Below the pieces are notes generated by a model. The model saw only the letters and a program-made list of their open reading frames with translations. It had not been told where the DNA came from and did no database searches. A stretch of DNA of 64,000 bases from an uncultured virus (IMG/VR IMGVR_UViG_3300022552_000006). Taxonomy: Duplodnaviria; Heunggongvirae; Uroviricota; Caudoviricetes. This document shows positions 1 through 9,946 of the stretch, in pieces; positions within the stretch are counted from its first letter, which is position 1, and each line of letters begins with the position of its first letter. The stretch lies in IMG/VR virus record IMGVR_UViG_3300022552_000006. One strand, given 5' to 3'. Both the position numbers and the translations under genes were made by a program.

Positions 1-3000
1 CTATATTACTTAGACCCATGGTGGAACACATCTTTTAGTTATAGAAGAAGAATAAACATAACAAATTCTGATATTTATAATTATAATAATGTTTCTGTAG
101 TTTTTTGGTTTAATCATGATGGAAAAGCAAATTCAGATTGTTCTGATATAAGAATAGCTGACGAATCATCAAACACTAATCAATTTGGATTAAGAAACTG
201 CAACTCGACACACGTGGAAATTGTTATGAGAGTTGACGTAAATGCAAATTCTTATAATGATACATGGTATGTTTATTATGGGAATAATACACCTGTCAAT
301 TTTGCTAATTCTTCTTGGAATGATGTGTATTATGACTTGTGGGATGAGTTTGAGGGAACTTCTTTAGATACAAGCAAGTGGACTGTTTGGAATGATGTGA
401 CTTATACTGTTGAGAACGGAAAGTTAAAGGTAACAGATTCAAGTCACGGTGCATGGCAGAGCAAGAATGGGTTTAACTCTTCTTGGGAAGTCAGGCAAAA
501 CGGGTTTAGGATTGACATGAAAGGGCTTTCTTGGTCAACATCTGCTTCTAAATTGGGTGTACTTTACGCTTGGCTTTGGAACGGGACAGATGGCACTGAG
601 TCAGAGACAACCGCAGTTAATGGTTTCATAGATGCTTGGAATAACATAGCTGGTACGGAAATAGCTTATATTGAAGGCACTGAATACAAGCCCGATACAC
701 GTTATGATTCTTTATCAAATCAGAATATTACTATTATCATCTATCCGAACAACACTATTTTTACGGGCTGTGCTGGAGATAGCTGCCCGAATAACGCAAC
801 GAAGCAAAAAATTTCAACTATAAAGAAATTCATTTTGATGACTTGGGGATTTTCAGGTTACGACTTTCCCGATTACGTTTACATAGATTCAATCTATTTA
901 GAACCAATAACACAAAGTGGATTAACAACAACTTTTGGTTCTGAAGAAACTGGTAATTTATCACCAATAATTTCTTATGTTGGCGTAACACAATATACAC
1001 CAGCAAACTCCACGCAATATCCAGTAACGCCCACTTTTGAGGCAAATATAACTGACCCTGACGATGATTACCTTTATGTTTACCTTTATTACAACGGAAC
1101 GCAAATAAATGCAACTGGAACAAACACGACAACTTACAAGTATTCTGTAACCACACCAACGCTTGGAGCTGGTTTGTGGAACATAACTTGGGAAGCGTAT
1201 GATGGGACTGCAACTTCAACAGATACATTTTGGTATGAAGTAAATAAGGCGTACACAGAGACAACTTTACTGATAAATGGCTCTCACTCTAATCAAGACT
1301 TTTATTTAACAGATGTAGCTAACTTTACAGTTAGCGTTAATGTAACTGGAAAAACAGTTCACCTCAATACTAATATGACTGGTTGGGCAATTCAGTCTGG
1401 AACAACACCACTTTATAATTATACGACTTTAAGCGAGATAGGATATTTTAATGTGACAGGTTATTTTTCTGGAGATGAAAATTACTCTTCAAGCTCTGAC
1501 ACTCTCTTTATAAATGTCACATTTACGATACACAATACTAATGTAACAGTTACATTGAATGGAGAAGAAGCAGATAGATATTATGAATATGGTTCAACTG
1601 TACGCATAAAGGCAAATGTCACAGACGGCTCCGGAAACTTGATTCAGCCGCAAAATTCAGACGAATTTTGCTTGTCAATCGATGCTGTAGGATACGGTGA
1701 AAATTACACATGTGATGACGATTTGGATGGTGAAATAGAATATAATTTTACATCATTTTCTTCAATGAACAGGATAAACGGTTCTCTTGCTTCACTTAAC
1801 TTGACTTTTGGTGGACAAGGTAATCAAACTTATGTTAATTACAATAAATATGATTCAGTGATAAATTTTTCTTTTGGCTTATATGCTTTTCAAAAGGGAT
1901 TAAATTATTTACATAATTTAACTTTGGATATCGGAAATGATGGGAATATAGATTTTGGTCTTATAGGAGACTTTGGCAAACTTGCCAAAGACATTGTAAA
2001 TAACTCCGAGTTTTTAAATGGAGAAAAAAATATTACTGAAGTTTGGAATGGAGGTACAACAACAGAATATGAAGGTGAAGTTAAAACAATTTATATAAGA
2101 GTACCTACTAACTTAAATGTATCATCGGCTTATTTTAACATAACTGCATCGCCAAATGGAAATGCAACACGAAAAGCATTAACACTTAATTGGGCACAAA
2201 CATATGCACGTGGAGGTTACAACCTTTCTTATAGTTGGTGTTGGGCCCCTGTTGGGGGTATTATAGGGCATAAGTATTATCAGATAGGGGGGAAATGTTT
2301 AGAGCCATACCTTAAATATAACAACACAATCTATTATAATATTGCAACAGATAGTATGGGAACAACTATTGACTTACCATATGAAATGATGTATGGATGT
2401 TCTGTATCTTATGATAGTGATAATGATGGCGAAACAGATGAAATATATATTTTTGGTGGAGAAGATGCGTCCAGTAATCCTATAGATACCGCATATAAAT
2501 TCGATGGTTCTACTTATACTGCTTTAACATCTATGCCAGATGCGAGGGCGACAGCAGCGTGCGTATTAATGGATGATATGGTATATATATTTGGTGGAGA
2601 TAATGCAACAGTGATTAAATATAGTATCACTGAAGATAAATGGTATTTTGGTGGAAATATAGGTGATTCTACAATCGAAATGTCGCAAGCTGCACAATTT
2701 AACGCAACTCATATATTGCATTGGGGTGGTTACGGTAATATAGATATAGATTTATATGATACAACAACAGATACCTTTACAGACACAGGAGAAAATTTCA
2801 AGTTATACGGGGGCATTGGCTTATCACTCAAAAACGCAAATGGAGATTATGACATTTATCATATCGGGGGATATTATAACTCATGGAATGAAGGAATTTA
2901 CAAATATAATAAAACTACCAAACAATTTGAGAGAATAAGCCCTGATTTTAATTGGAATACTGATTGGCCTAATTCTTATAACTATTATAACACAATATAT

Positions 3001-3993
3001 CAAGGGGGCACTTCTTTTGGGATATATAATGGCACTTTATATGCTTCACCAAACACTGTTAATGCATATGAGTCTTTTCTCTTCAGATTAAAGTTTTTCC
3101 CACAAAATCCTTACATAATAGTTGGTGATACGTCTAATTCTCCTATATGGAGTTTTACCGGGGGATTTACATCTTATGAAGAAAGAGGTAGCGACGCTTC
3201 AGGTGGCGCAAAAATAATACAGAAAACAGATGATTTTGCTCAAGACATTAATGAATACATTGTAACACATAATAGCGATTATTATTGCGATATTCCAATT
3301 TATATTCATTCTGGATCAGCTGGAAAAATAACACTTCAATCTCTAAATATTACATGGAATACAACAAACATAATACTAAATGCTTCAGTAATTCAAGAAT
3401 ACTTAGATTCAAGTAGCAATGGCGTTATACAAGTTCCACTTGTATTCAATTCAACACAAAATGGAACTTTGGAAATAAATAATGTCAAATCGCATTACTA
3501 TGGCTCCGACAATATAACAGTTACAGCCAATTATACTGGCAACGCCACTTATTATGCATCACATGATTCTCACATCATAAAGAATGTGTATTCCAATTAT
3601 TCCAAATCTTTTCCATTTAATGTTCATTATTTGGAGTTCATGCCTACATCAAATGCGCAAGAAAATATAACGCCATATGGTCAGACAGATTCAATTCCAA
3701 TATGGAATTTCACAAGCTTGGGTTACGATAAACCTATTAACATTAGCGTTTATTGGAATAACTCATCATACGAGCCAGTTTGCGCAAATATAACTTTAAG
3801 CTTGGATAACACGCGCGATGCAGGCGATTTCAAGCTTACAAATGAATCCCAAACTTTAATACCTAATCTTGCATTTCAGCAAAACCAATCAGTTTGGGCA
3901 TGGCTTGATTTGAACGCTTCTCAATGCGGGAACCCAAGATGGATTAATATAGATTTGGTGTGGGAATCTTACTGCACGGAGTGTGTTAGATAA
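1..3993 (+). CDS. Large surface/virion protein, 5'-truncated by the window: DUF2341-like N-terminal part, Ig-like segments, Kelch-like repeats
   Basis: Frame 1 is open from base 1 (LYYLDPWWNTSFSYRREINI...DCSDIRI...YVYYGN, a DUF2341-type pattern). Contains IYIFGG/VYIFGG/YHIGG Kelch-like motifs and very many N-x-S/T sequons. The ORF-track start at 214 is internal. Confidence 0.75.
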   Translation, partial: LYYLDPWWNTSFSYRRRINITNSDIYNYNNVSVVFWFNHDGKANSDCSDIRIADESSNTNQFGLRNCNSTHVEIVMRVDVNANSYNDTWYVYYGNNTPVNFANSSWNDVYYDLWDEFEGTSLDTSKWTVWNDVTYTVENGKLKVTDSSHGAWQSKNGFNSSWEVRQNGFRIDMKGLSWSTSASKLGVLYAWLWNGTDGTESETTAVNGFIDAWNNIAGTEIAYIEGTEYKPDTRYDSLSNQNITIIIYPNNTIFTGCAGDSCPNNATKQKISTIKKFILMTWGFSGYDFPDYVYIDSIYLEPITQSGLTTTFGSEETGNLSPIISYVGVTQYTPANSTQYPVTPTFEANITDPDDDYLYVYLYYNGTQINATGTNTTTYKYSVTTPTLGAGLWNITWEAYDGTATSTDTFWYEVNKAYTETTLLINGSHSNQDFYLTDVANFTVSVNVTGKTVHLNTNMTGWAIQSGTTPLYNYTTLSEIGYFNVTGYFSGDENYSSSSDTLFINVTFTIHNTNVTVTLNGEEADRYYEYGSTVRIKANVTDGSGNLIQPQNSDEFCLSIDAVGYGENYTCDDDLDGEIEYNFTSFSSMNRINGSLASLNLTFGGQGNQTYVNYNKYDSVINFSFGLYAFQKGLNYLHNLTLDIGNDGNIDFGLIGDFGKLAKDIVNNSEFLNGEKNITEVWNGGTTTEYEGEVKTIYIRVPTNLNVSSAYFNITASPNGNATRKALTLNWAQTYARGGYNLSYSWCWAPVGGIIGHKYYQIGGKCLEPYLKYNNTIYYNIATDSMGTTIDLPYEMMYGCSVSYDSDNDGETDEIYIFGGEDASSNPIDTAYKFDGSTYTALTSMPDARATAACVLMDDMVYIFGGDNATVIKYSITEDKWYFGGNIGDSTIEMSQAAQFNATHILHWGGYGNIDIDLYDTTTDTFTDTGENFKLYGGIGLSLKNANGDYDIYHIGGYYNSWNEGIYKYNKTTKQFERISPDFNWNTDWPNSYNYYNTIYQGGTSFGIYNGTLYASPNTVNAYESFLFRLKFFPQNPYIIVGDTSNSPIWSFTGGFTSYEERGSDASGGAKIIQKTDDFAQDINEYIVTHNSDYYCDIPIYIHSGSAGKITLQSLNITWNTTNIILNASVIQEYLDSSSNGVIQVPLVFNSTQNGTLEINNVKSHYYGSDNITVTANYTGNATYYASHDSHIIKNVYSNYSKSFPFNVHYLEFMPTSNAQENITPYGQTDSIPIWNFTSLGYDKPINISVYWNNSSYEPVCANITLSLDNTRDAGDFKLTNESQTLIPNLAFQQNQSVWAWLDLNASQCGNPRWINIDLVWESYCTECVR

Positions 3994-5453
3994 TGCCAAC
4001 AAGAACATCTCGTGGATATATTTGGATACCGCCAGCAAATTATCCAAATTACAAAATCACGGTTACGAGGCACGATAATACTGTTGACGATGTCACAGAT
4101 TACATTATAAGTGGATCCGTGACGCTGGGCGCGACAGAAACGATTGGAGATTTTTCCATCACTTTTGACAATTTAGACGAGAGTTATTCATCTGTATATT
4201 CTGGCGGTGAAATAGTTCAGATTTACATGGATTATGGAGATGCAACAACGCGCATCTTTAAGGGGATAGTGGATAAAGTTGGGCATAATAAAACAGAAGG
4301 CGGCTTTTTTGAAATAACGCTAAAAGGAAGGCATTATGCAGAAAAATTGTTGTCCATTACTGTTACAAAACAATATACAGATACAGAAGCTTCTGTAATC
4401 ATAAAAGACTTGTTTGATACCTATGCCACAGAGTTCACATATAACAATGTCTCGACCACTACAAATAATTTGACAGTTAACTGGTACCAGAAGCCATTTT
4501 GGGACTGTATCACAGAGATATGTAATGCCATTGGATATGACGCTTATATAGATGATGATTTGGATTGCCATTTCTTTGAGGCTGGCTCAATTGAAAACAC
4601 GACAGAAGCGATTGTTCACGACCAGAATCTTATATCAGTAGATGGTTTTGGAGATGATATTACAGAAGTTGCTAATCGCGTTATCGTTTATGGCCAAGAT
4701 ATAGAAGGGTTGCCACTAATCTCATCTGCTGAAGACACGGCAGCACAAGGCGATTTGTTTGTTAAAGAAAAAATAATAACAGACAACAACATTACCACAA
4801 TGACGCAGGCTCAAGAAAGGGCAGAAAAAGAATTGGAAAGACTCAAAGAAACTATTGACCGTGGCACATGCACTGCTTATCCTGGCTTGCCAACATTGAG
4901 TCCGGGAGAAAAAATAATGATAAGCGATCCGGTAAATGGGTTAACTGGATATTACAAGATAATAAGCTTTACTCACAGGTTCAACGAATATGGCATGACT
5001 ACAGAAGTTACAATTGAAAGGGAAATTCCTAGCGCGGGGAAATTATTTAAGGAGAGAATTTCTGCTGAGCAGAATATTGCCGACATCGCCAATCCCTATG
5101 AAATGAGATATTCATGGAATTTCACTTTCGATGACGATAGTCAGATAGAATCTCATACATATACAGAAACACGCGAAGGATATTTAGTTTTAGAAGAAAA
5201 TCGCTCAACTGGAACAGCTATTAGCGTCACAAAAACAACGTCTTCTAATGTTACTCAAGTGCATCTAAAAGTGACAGGAGAAAACTTGATAGGTACGAAC
5301 TATTGGGTTTCTTCCGACAATGGACTCAATTGGACTAGTATAAATCCCGAAAATTTACAAACTATAGCATCTTCTGGTCATTCTTTGAAAATTAAGGTAC
5401 AATTAAATAGCTCAGATACTAAAATCGATTCGTTAGCTTTGTTATATAAATAA
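3993..5453 (+). CDS. Tail/baseplate hub-like protein (late-control D / prophage tail-like)
   Basis: IGDFSITFDN, IFKGIVDKV, ITLKGRHY, NRVIVYG and PGEKIMISD...YKIISFTH patterns typical of hub proteins; translationally coupled to the upstream structural gene. Confidence 0.6.
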   Translation: MPTRTSRGYIWIPPANYPNYKITVTRHDNTVDDVTDYIISGSVTLGATETIGDFSITFDNLDESYSSVYSGGEIVQIYMDYGDATTRIFKGIVDKVGHNKTEGGFFEITLKGRHYAEKLLSITVTKQYTDTEASVIIKDLFDTYATEFTYNNVSTTTNNLTVNWYQKPFWDCITEICNAIGYDAYIDDDLDCHFFEAGSIENTTEAIVHDQNLISVDGFGDDITEVANRVIVYGQDIEGLPLISSAEDTAAQGDLFVKEKIITDNNITTMTQAQERAEKELERLKETIDRGTCTAYPGLPTLSPGEKIMISDPVNGLTGYYKIISFTHRFNEYGMTTEVTIEREIPSAGKLFKERISAEQNIADIANPYEMRYSWNFTFDDDSQIESHTYTETREGYLVLEENRSTGTAISVTKTTSSNVTQVHLKVTGENLIGTNYWVSSDNGLNWTSINPENLQTIASSGHSLKIKVQLNSSDTKIDSLALLYK

Positions 5454-5714
5454 TTGGAGGTGAAAATTGTGGAACCGTTAATTGGAGCATTCTGGGGCGC
5501 TGTAGCTGGCGTTGGCTGGGGCTTACTTGGCTACGGCAGAAAAAAGCAAAGCGAGCCAGATACGGAGTTCAGCCCAAAATACTTTGCAAAGACACTTGTA
5601 ATCGGGGCGGCTTTGGGAATTGCAGCATGGTATATGAATCTTCCGATTGAAACCGTTGCAGCTACGCCAGTCGCAGACAAGATAATCAACATAATAAATG
5701 GGCTTTTTGAATAA
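5454..5714 (+). CDS. Small two-TM membrane protein (holin-like)
   Basis: Two hydrophobic segments; last gene of the structural operon; true start is probably the GTG near 5469 after GGAGGTG. Confidence 0.5.
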   Translation: MEVKIVEPLIGAFWGAVAGVGWGLLGYGRKKQSEPDTEFSPKYFAKTLVIGAALGIAAWYMNLPIETVAATPVADKIINIINGLFE

Positions 5715-5719
5715 GCTTA

Positions 5720-5744
5720 TGCATATGATACTTTGAGACTTTGA
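5720..5744. repeat. 25-bp motif made of tandem TGA(T/G)ACT 8-mers, second copy at 37663-37687
   Basis: tgcatatgatactttgagactttga vs tgcatatgatactatgagactttga (1 mismatch). Confidence 0.8.
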
Positions 5745-5769
5745 GACTTTTTTCTTAGTGCTTAATATT

Positions 5770-5862
5770 TGGTTGCGGGGGGTGGACTCGAACCACCGAC
5801 CTCAGGGTTATGAGCCCTGCGAGCATTCTGTATCCAAAAACTCCAAGCTGCTCTACCCCGCA
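5770..5862 (-). tRNA. tRNA-Met(CAT), initiator-like, with a 15-nt D-loop insertion (probable non-canonical intron) and encoded CCA
   Basis: Reverse complement folds as TGCGGGG/CCCCGCA acceptor, GAGC/GCTC D-stem, CAGGG-CTCATAA-CCCTG anticodon arm (three G-C pairs), GGTGG-TTCGAGT-CCACC T-arm and ACCA end. Confidence 0.92.
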
Positions 5863-5889
5863 ATTGCTTTATATAATCTAATGTATAAC

Positions 5890-6309
5890 CTATTCTTTAA
5901 TCTCATTCAAAAGGTCTGGATTTTCGTAGATGTTTTCAATAACAATCATATTTTTGTAATCTTCAGGTACTCTAAAGCCATTAGCATAAGTTCCATACTC
6001 CTCACAATAAGCAATATTCACTCTTTTTACAATCACAATAATCTTTTTCCTTCTGTCTGGATATGCCAAAATATCTCCCTCAAAAATCTCCTTTCCATTT
6101 TTGTCCTTTAGTCCTGTGAATTGCATTAAAATGTTTGTCTTTTGTAACGTCTCGAGGTCTATGTATTTTATGTCTTCCCAAGCATATATTGTTCTATTTT
6201 CTTTATCCCATGCTCTGAATTTTATTTTCTTCATTTTTTTTATTCTTCTGCCAACTGTAGTTCCTTTAAAATACTCAATCCATGCAAATGTATCAAGTAT
6301 ATATCTCAT
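5890..6309 (-). CDS. YopX-family protein (likely start 6234) preceded in frame by a 25-aa PIN/VapC-like N-terminal fragment
   Basis: IKFRAWDK...MQFTGLKDKNGKEIFEGDIL...NIYENPDLL is the YopX signature; MRYILDTFAWIEYF is a VapC-type start. Confidence 0.8.
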   Translation of the reverse strand: MRYILDTFAWIEYFKGTTVGRRIKKMKKIKFRAWDKENRTIYAWEDIKYIDLETLQKTNILMQFTGLKDKNGKEIFEGDILAYPDRRKKIIVIVKRVNIAYCEEYGTYANGFRVPEDYKNMIVIENIYENPDLLNEIKE

Positions 6310-6318
6310 TTACAAAAC

Positions 6319-6777
6319 TCACCTAAAATCCTCTTCCTCTCTTTCGAATTTTGGGAGCTCTGGGCTTATACCAAACATAGATGCTGCTATTTTGTCAGGG
6401 GGGGCAGTCGCCTCCATTAATGCTTTAGCAATCCAAACCGCCATTAAGAATATAGCATCTTTATCTCTTTCGTCTTTTGGTAGTTTTTCAAAAGGGACCA
6501 TATCTGGATGCGTTTTTTTCTTAATATCTCTCTTTTCCCCAAATTTCCAACCCATTTGCTTATATGATTCAACCCAGCTATCGTGTGCCTCTTTTGGCGT
6601 TGGCAAATTATCTTGTGACATATATTTATCAATTATATCAATAAATTGTGTTCTAAATTTATCATCTCTATTATTCCATTTTTCTGGCACTATGCTTCTG
6701 TTAGACCATTTGGCTTCTAATCTTGTTGCTTCATATATTATCTCTGCTAAGTTTTCTAACAACTTTTTATTTTTCAT
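6319..6777 (-). CDS. RyR-domain phage protein
   Basis: HDSW...GWKFG...KTHPDMVPFEKLP..E..KD motif. Confidence 0.75.
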   Translation of the reverse strand: MKNKKLLENLAEIIYEATRLEAKWSNRSIVPEKWNNRDDKFRTQFIDIIDKYMSQDNLPTPKEAHDSWVESYKQMGWKFGEKRDIKKKTHPDMVPFEKLPKDERDKDAIFLMAVWIAKALMEATAPPDKIAASMFGISPELPKFEREEEDFR

Positions 6778-6792
6778 TTTTCAATCACCCTG

Positions 6793-6954
6793 ATATTTAC
6801 ATTTCATCTTTCTCACACTCCCTTATCAAGGCAGTTAATTTTAATCAATTTCTTCAAACATTCTTCACATATTTTTCTTGGAGTTAAGCTTTTGATTTTC
6901 TTTCCGCAATATTTACATTTCATCTTTCTCACACTCCCTTATCAAGGCAGTTAA
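6793..6954. repeat. 46-bp perfect direct repeat (6793-6838 and 6909-6954) bracketing a small CxxC/CxxC ORF
   Basis: atatttacatttcatctttctcacactcccttatcaaggcagttaa occurs twice; the minus strand between them reads MKCKYCGKK...ICEECLKK. Confidence 0.9.
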
Positions 6955-7377
6955 CAACAGATTTCTTCTTCTCATTAAGTCCCTCGTGAGATGGTCATAC
7001 TTTGTGTCTATCTCGTGAAGTCGGTCTATCAGTTCTTGGATTTTTTCTCTTTTTTCTTTGCTCCACATTTTCAATCTTTCACCCCTTTACGACACTATTC
7101 TTTCAAATTCACAAACTTGTCTCATATACCATTTCCAATCTGGCTTCATGTTTTCAAACCACCTTTCAATTAATCTTTATACCTAATAATTCTGCATCTT
7201 TTTTCAATCTTTCAAGTTCTTCTTCTTGCCTTTCTAATCTTATAGTTAAGACATCTTCATGTAAGGCATAAAATGTAACTTCATGTAATCTTAACATTAA
7301 TAAAAGAAACCCATCTAAATTATTCTTTATATTTTCTGCATTTATCTCCCAATATTGTAATCTTTTAACCACTTAAA

Positions 7378-7626
7378 TCACCCCTTTAATTTCCCCAATT
7401 TTATGCCTATTGTAGGAAGGTTGTCTTTCCACTCTATATCAGGATAATTTTCTTTAAGCCAACCATCATCCAAAACCACAAGTAAAATATCCCTTACTTC
7501 AAATTCGTGTTCCTTCCCGCTTTCATCTACAAAGGTTATGCTCTCAATCTGGCGGTAGTCTATTTTCTTTTCTCCGTTCAAAATCTGCTTCAGGTATTTG
7601 TCTTTTATTTTGCATTTGAGTTTCAT
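7378..7626 (-). CDS. ASCH/PUA-like small protein
   Basis: KIKDKYLKQILNGEKKIDYR matches the ASCH N-terminal GxKxxxxR pattern. Confidence 0.55.
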   Translation of the reverse strand: MKLKCKIKDKYLKQILNGEKKIDYRQIESITFVDESGKEHEFEVRDILLVVLDDGWLKENYPDIEWKDNLPTIGIKLGKLKG

Positions 7627-7883
7627 TTAATCTCCTCTTTATAGCAAAATTTATCTAACTTTTCTGGAATTGATTTTATTCGTTTTCTTGCTATTTCACA
7701 GTATTCAGGATTTATTTCTATACCTATGAATCTTCTATTTAACATCTTACATACTACTGCTGTTGTTCCTGAACCAAGAAATGGGTCAGTTAAAACCAAG
7801 TCTATACTATTGTCTGGAATATCTTTCATAACCTCTAAGCAATCTCCACAAATCACTTTGTTTATCATATCTTCAAATTTCAT
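7623..7883 (-). pseudogene. Internally deleted beta-class N4/N6 DNA methyltransferase
   Basis: GDCLEVMK...DLVLTDP joins directly to FLGSGTT...FIGIEINPEY; the PPY of motif IV and the whole target-recognition region are missing. Confidence 0.8.
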
Positions 7884-8088
7884 TTTTCAATCTCCTCTAC
7901 CTCATTAAACAGTATACAAACTAATGCCCCAAGAACAAAAGCCATAAATGGGTGGCTTATGGTTATCGCTTGTAAGTCTTCTATACTAAATAACATAAGC
8001 CAAATCACTATCAAAACTGTTATTAAAATCATATTAGATAGTCTCATTTTTTATCTCCCTCAATGCTCTGAATTTTATTTCCTTTATT

Positions 8089-8721
8089 TCAATTCTCCAT
8101 TATAAATTTACCCCATTGTTCCGCCATCGCCTCAGCAATTCCTATATATGTTCTACTTCTGTTTTTCCATCTTTCTTTCGATGGCGACTCTAACCATACC
8201 TGTTGTTTTATTTTTTCTTTGGGTACAATCTTTGTAGGTTTTAATTTCGGTAAATTTCTCAACCATAGACATGTTGCTTTTGAATATGGTTCTCCAAACT
8301 GCCAAGGTTGTATTATCTGGTCATATTTAAAGCCTATCATAGCAATTGCATATTTATGAGGAATAGGATTTTCAACTGCTATATGCGGTATATTATTGAA
8401 AAGTATTAATTGTTTGAAGAATTTTACTGCTTCACACAATTTTTCCCATCTCATTGCTGAAGGCATATATCTGCTATCTTCCCATAACCATCTTACACCT
8501 GAATTTGCTAAATATGTACACGGTGGATGTGCTATCATTAAATCCCATCCATCATCTAAATGATTTAATACATCATCTTGAATATGATACTTTGAATTAT
8601 CTTCTGCTGGTAAAATATCACAACTCCATGCGTCAAATCCCCTTTTTCTGAACTCTTCCCGTACTCTACCTGAAAACTCACATGCTATTAACACTCTTAT
8701 CATCATTAAACACCTTCTCAT
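8089..8721 (-). CDS. Short phage-type DNA cytosine methyltransferase-like protein
   Basis: RVLIACEFSG, AWSCDIL, DLMIAHPPCTYL, IAVENP, KATCLWL and RSRTY..IAEAMA.QW motifs. Confidence 0.75.
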   Translation of the reverse strand: MRRCLMMIRVLIACEFSGRVREEFRKRGFDAWSCDILPAEDNSKYHIQDDVLNHLDDGWDLMIAHPPCTYLANSGVRWLWEDSRYMPSAMRWEKLCEAVKFFKQLILFNNIPHIAVENPIPHKYAIAMIGFKYDQIIQPWQFGEPYSKATCLWLRNLPKLKPTKIVPKEKIKQQVWLESPSKERWKNRSRTYIGIAEAMAEQWGKFIMEN

Positions 8722-8732
8722 ACAACAATTCC

Positions 8733-9257
8733 TTACAATCCCCTCTTTAGTGCCTGTTGGGGCTCCGCTTCAACTCCCCTTTTTGCCGAGGGACAGGCAA
8801 CTCCTCTTCGTAGCGGAGCATGAGTTTGTGCCTTCATTGGGGAGTCCCATTTGCTATTTTCGTGAGACGTGGGCTGTTGTCTCCCCTCAGTTAATGCAGG
8901 AAAATTAAATGCGAGTTTGAAGAGCCATTCGTTATACAAATAATAATTAAACCTCTTTATTACAATCTCTTTTTTAGTTTCTTTGATATATCCAAATTCT
9001 TGATTAAGTAATTCAGTATATTCTGGATATTCTTCTACAAATAATTCTGGACTATCTCTATATCTCAACCAAAACTCACAGGCGGATTTGAGGCGTTGTT
9101 CTATAAGAGATAAAGCATGAAGAAAACCATATTCATGGTCTATTCTCCTTCTTACACTGTTTCCAAGATACCTAAATTTTTCTTTATCTATAAATATTTT
9201 TCTTACATTTTTTCTTAGTTCTTCCAAATCCAAAGGTTTTGGTTTAGTCATTTTCAC
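8733..9257 (-). CDS. Hypothetical protein, PLDLEE family copy 1
   Basis: Starts MTKPKPLDLEE and contains QRLKSA; paralogous to the two neighbouring ORFs. Confidence 0.6.
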   Translation of the reverse strand: MKMTKPKPLDLEELRKNVRKIFIDKEKFRYLGNSVRRRIDHEYGFLHALSLIEQRLKSACEFWLRYRDSPELFVEEYPEYTELLNQEFGYIKETKKEIVIKRFNYYLYNEWLFKLAFNFPALTEGRQQPTSHENSKWDSPMKAQTHAPLRRGVACPSAKRGVEAEPQQALKRGL

Positions 9258-9570
9258 TCACCATATTTGGAAACCATTTTTTGATTAATTGCTTAATCTC
9301 GTATTGTAAATCTAATAATGTTTTGTTTTTTAATTCTATTTCGTCAATGTCTTCCATTAATCCTTGAACTGCTGATTTGATACGTTGTTTAACAATTTCA
9401 AGTTTTTCTTTTTCAAGCGCTGGTTTGTAAATCCTTATAGTTTGTCCTATTCTTTTGGAAAGTTTATCTGCATTTTTTCTCTTTTTTCTTTCGAGTTTTT
9501 TCCACTCTTTTAAAATCTCTTCCAAATCAAGTGGTTTTGGATTATTTATTCCTTCACTACCCATACCCAT
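9244..9570 (-). CDS. Hypothetical protein, PLDLEE family copy 2
   Basis: NPKPLDLEE...QRIKSA. Confidence 0.6.
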   Translation of the reverse strand: MGMGSEGINNPKPLDLEEILKEWKKLERKKRKNADKLSKRIGQTIRIYKPALEKEKLEIVKQRIKSAVQGLMEDIDEIELKNKTLLDLQYEIKQLIKKWFPNMVSEND

Positions 9571-9790
9571 ACCCCACTACATATTTTAAAAATCTTAGGA
9601 TTAAATTTTTCTTCTTCTATAACTGAACTCGTACCATCGCTAAAAAAGAGTTTAAGTTTCATTTCTTACCGACCTCCTCACAGTTTTTATTCAAATCTTC
9701 TTTGTTAAGTATGATATCTTTCTCAAGGCATAGCCATTCGTTCCATCCTATCTGCCTTAATTTCGGACAATTTTTACATTTCAATTAATC

Positions 9791-9946
9791 TCACCTGCCT
9801 TTTTGTTTGATATGTTGCTTTATTTTTCTCATAATTGCTATGACGCCTTCATTTCTCATTAATGATGGATCTTCATTCCAATAATCTATCATATTTGTTA
9901 TATCTTCTTTCAATTCTTCCAAATCAAGCGGTTCTGGTTTAGTCAT
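9791..9946 (-). CDS. Hypothetical 51-aa protein, PLDLEE family copy 3 (below ORF-track cutoff)
   Basis: Hand translation MTKPEPLDLEELKEDITNMIDYW... Confidence 0.55.
   Translation of the reverse strand: MTKPEPLDLEELKEDITNMIDYWNEDPSLMRNEGVIAIMRKIKQHIKQKGR

Noticed and set aside
5720..5862. Provirus attachment site at the tRNA
   Set aside because: No integrase was recognised, no duplicated tRNA 3' end is in the window, and viral genes lie on both sides
5758..6111. 117-aa + strand ORF
   Set aside because: Antisense shadow of the tRNA (WLRGVDSNHRPQGYEP is the typical reverse-tRNA translation) and of YopX
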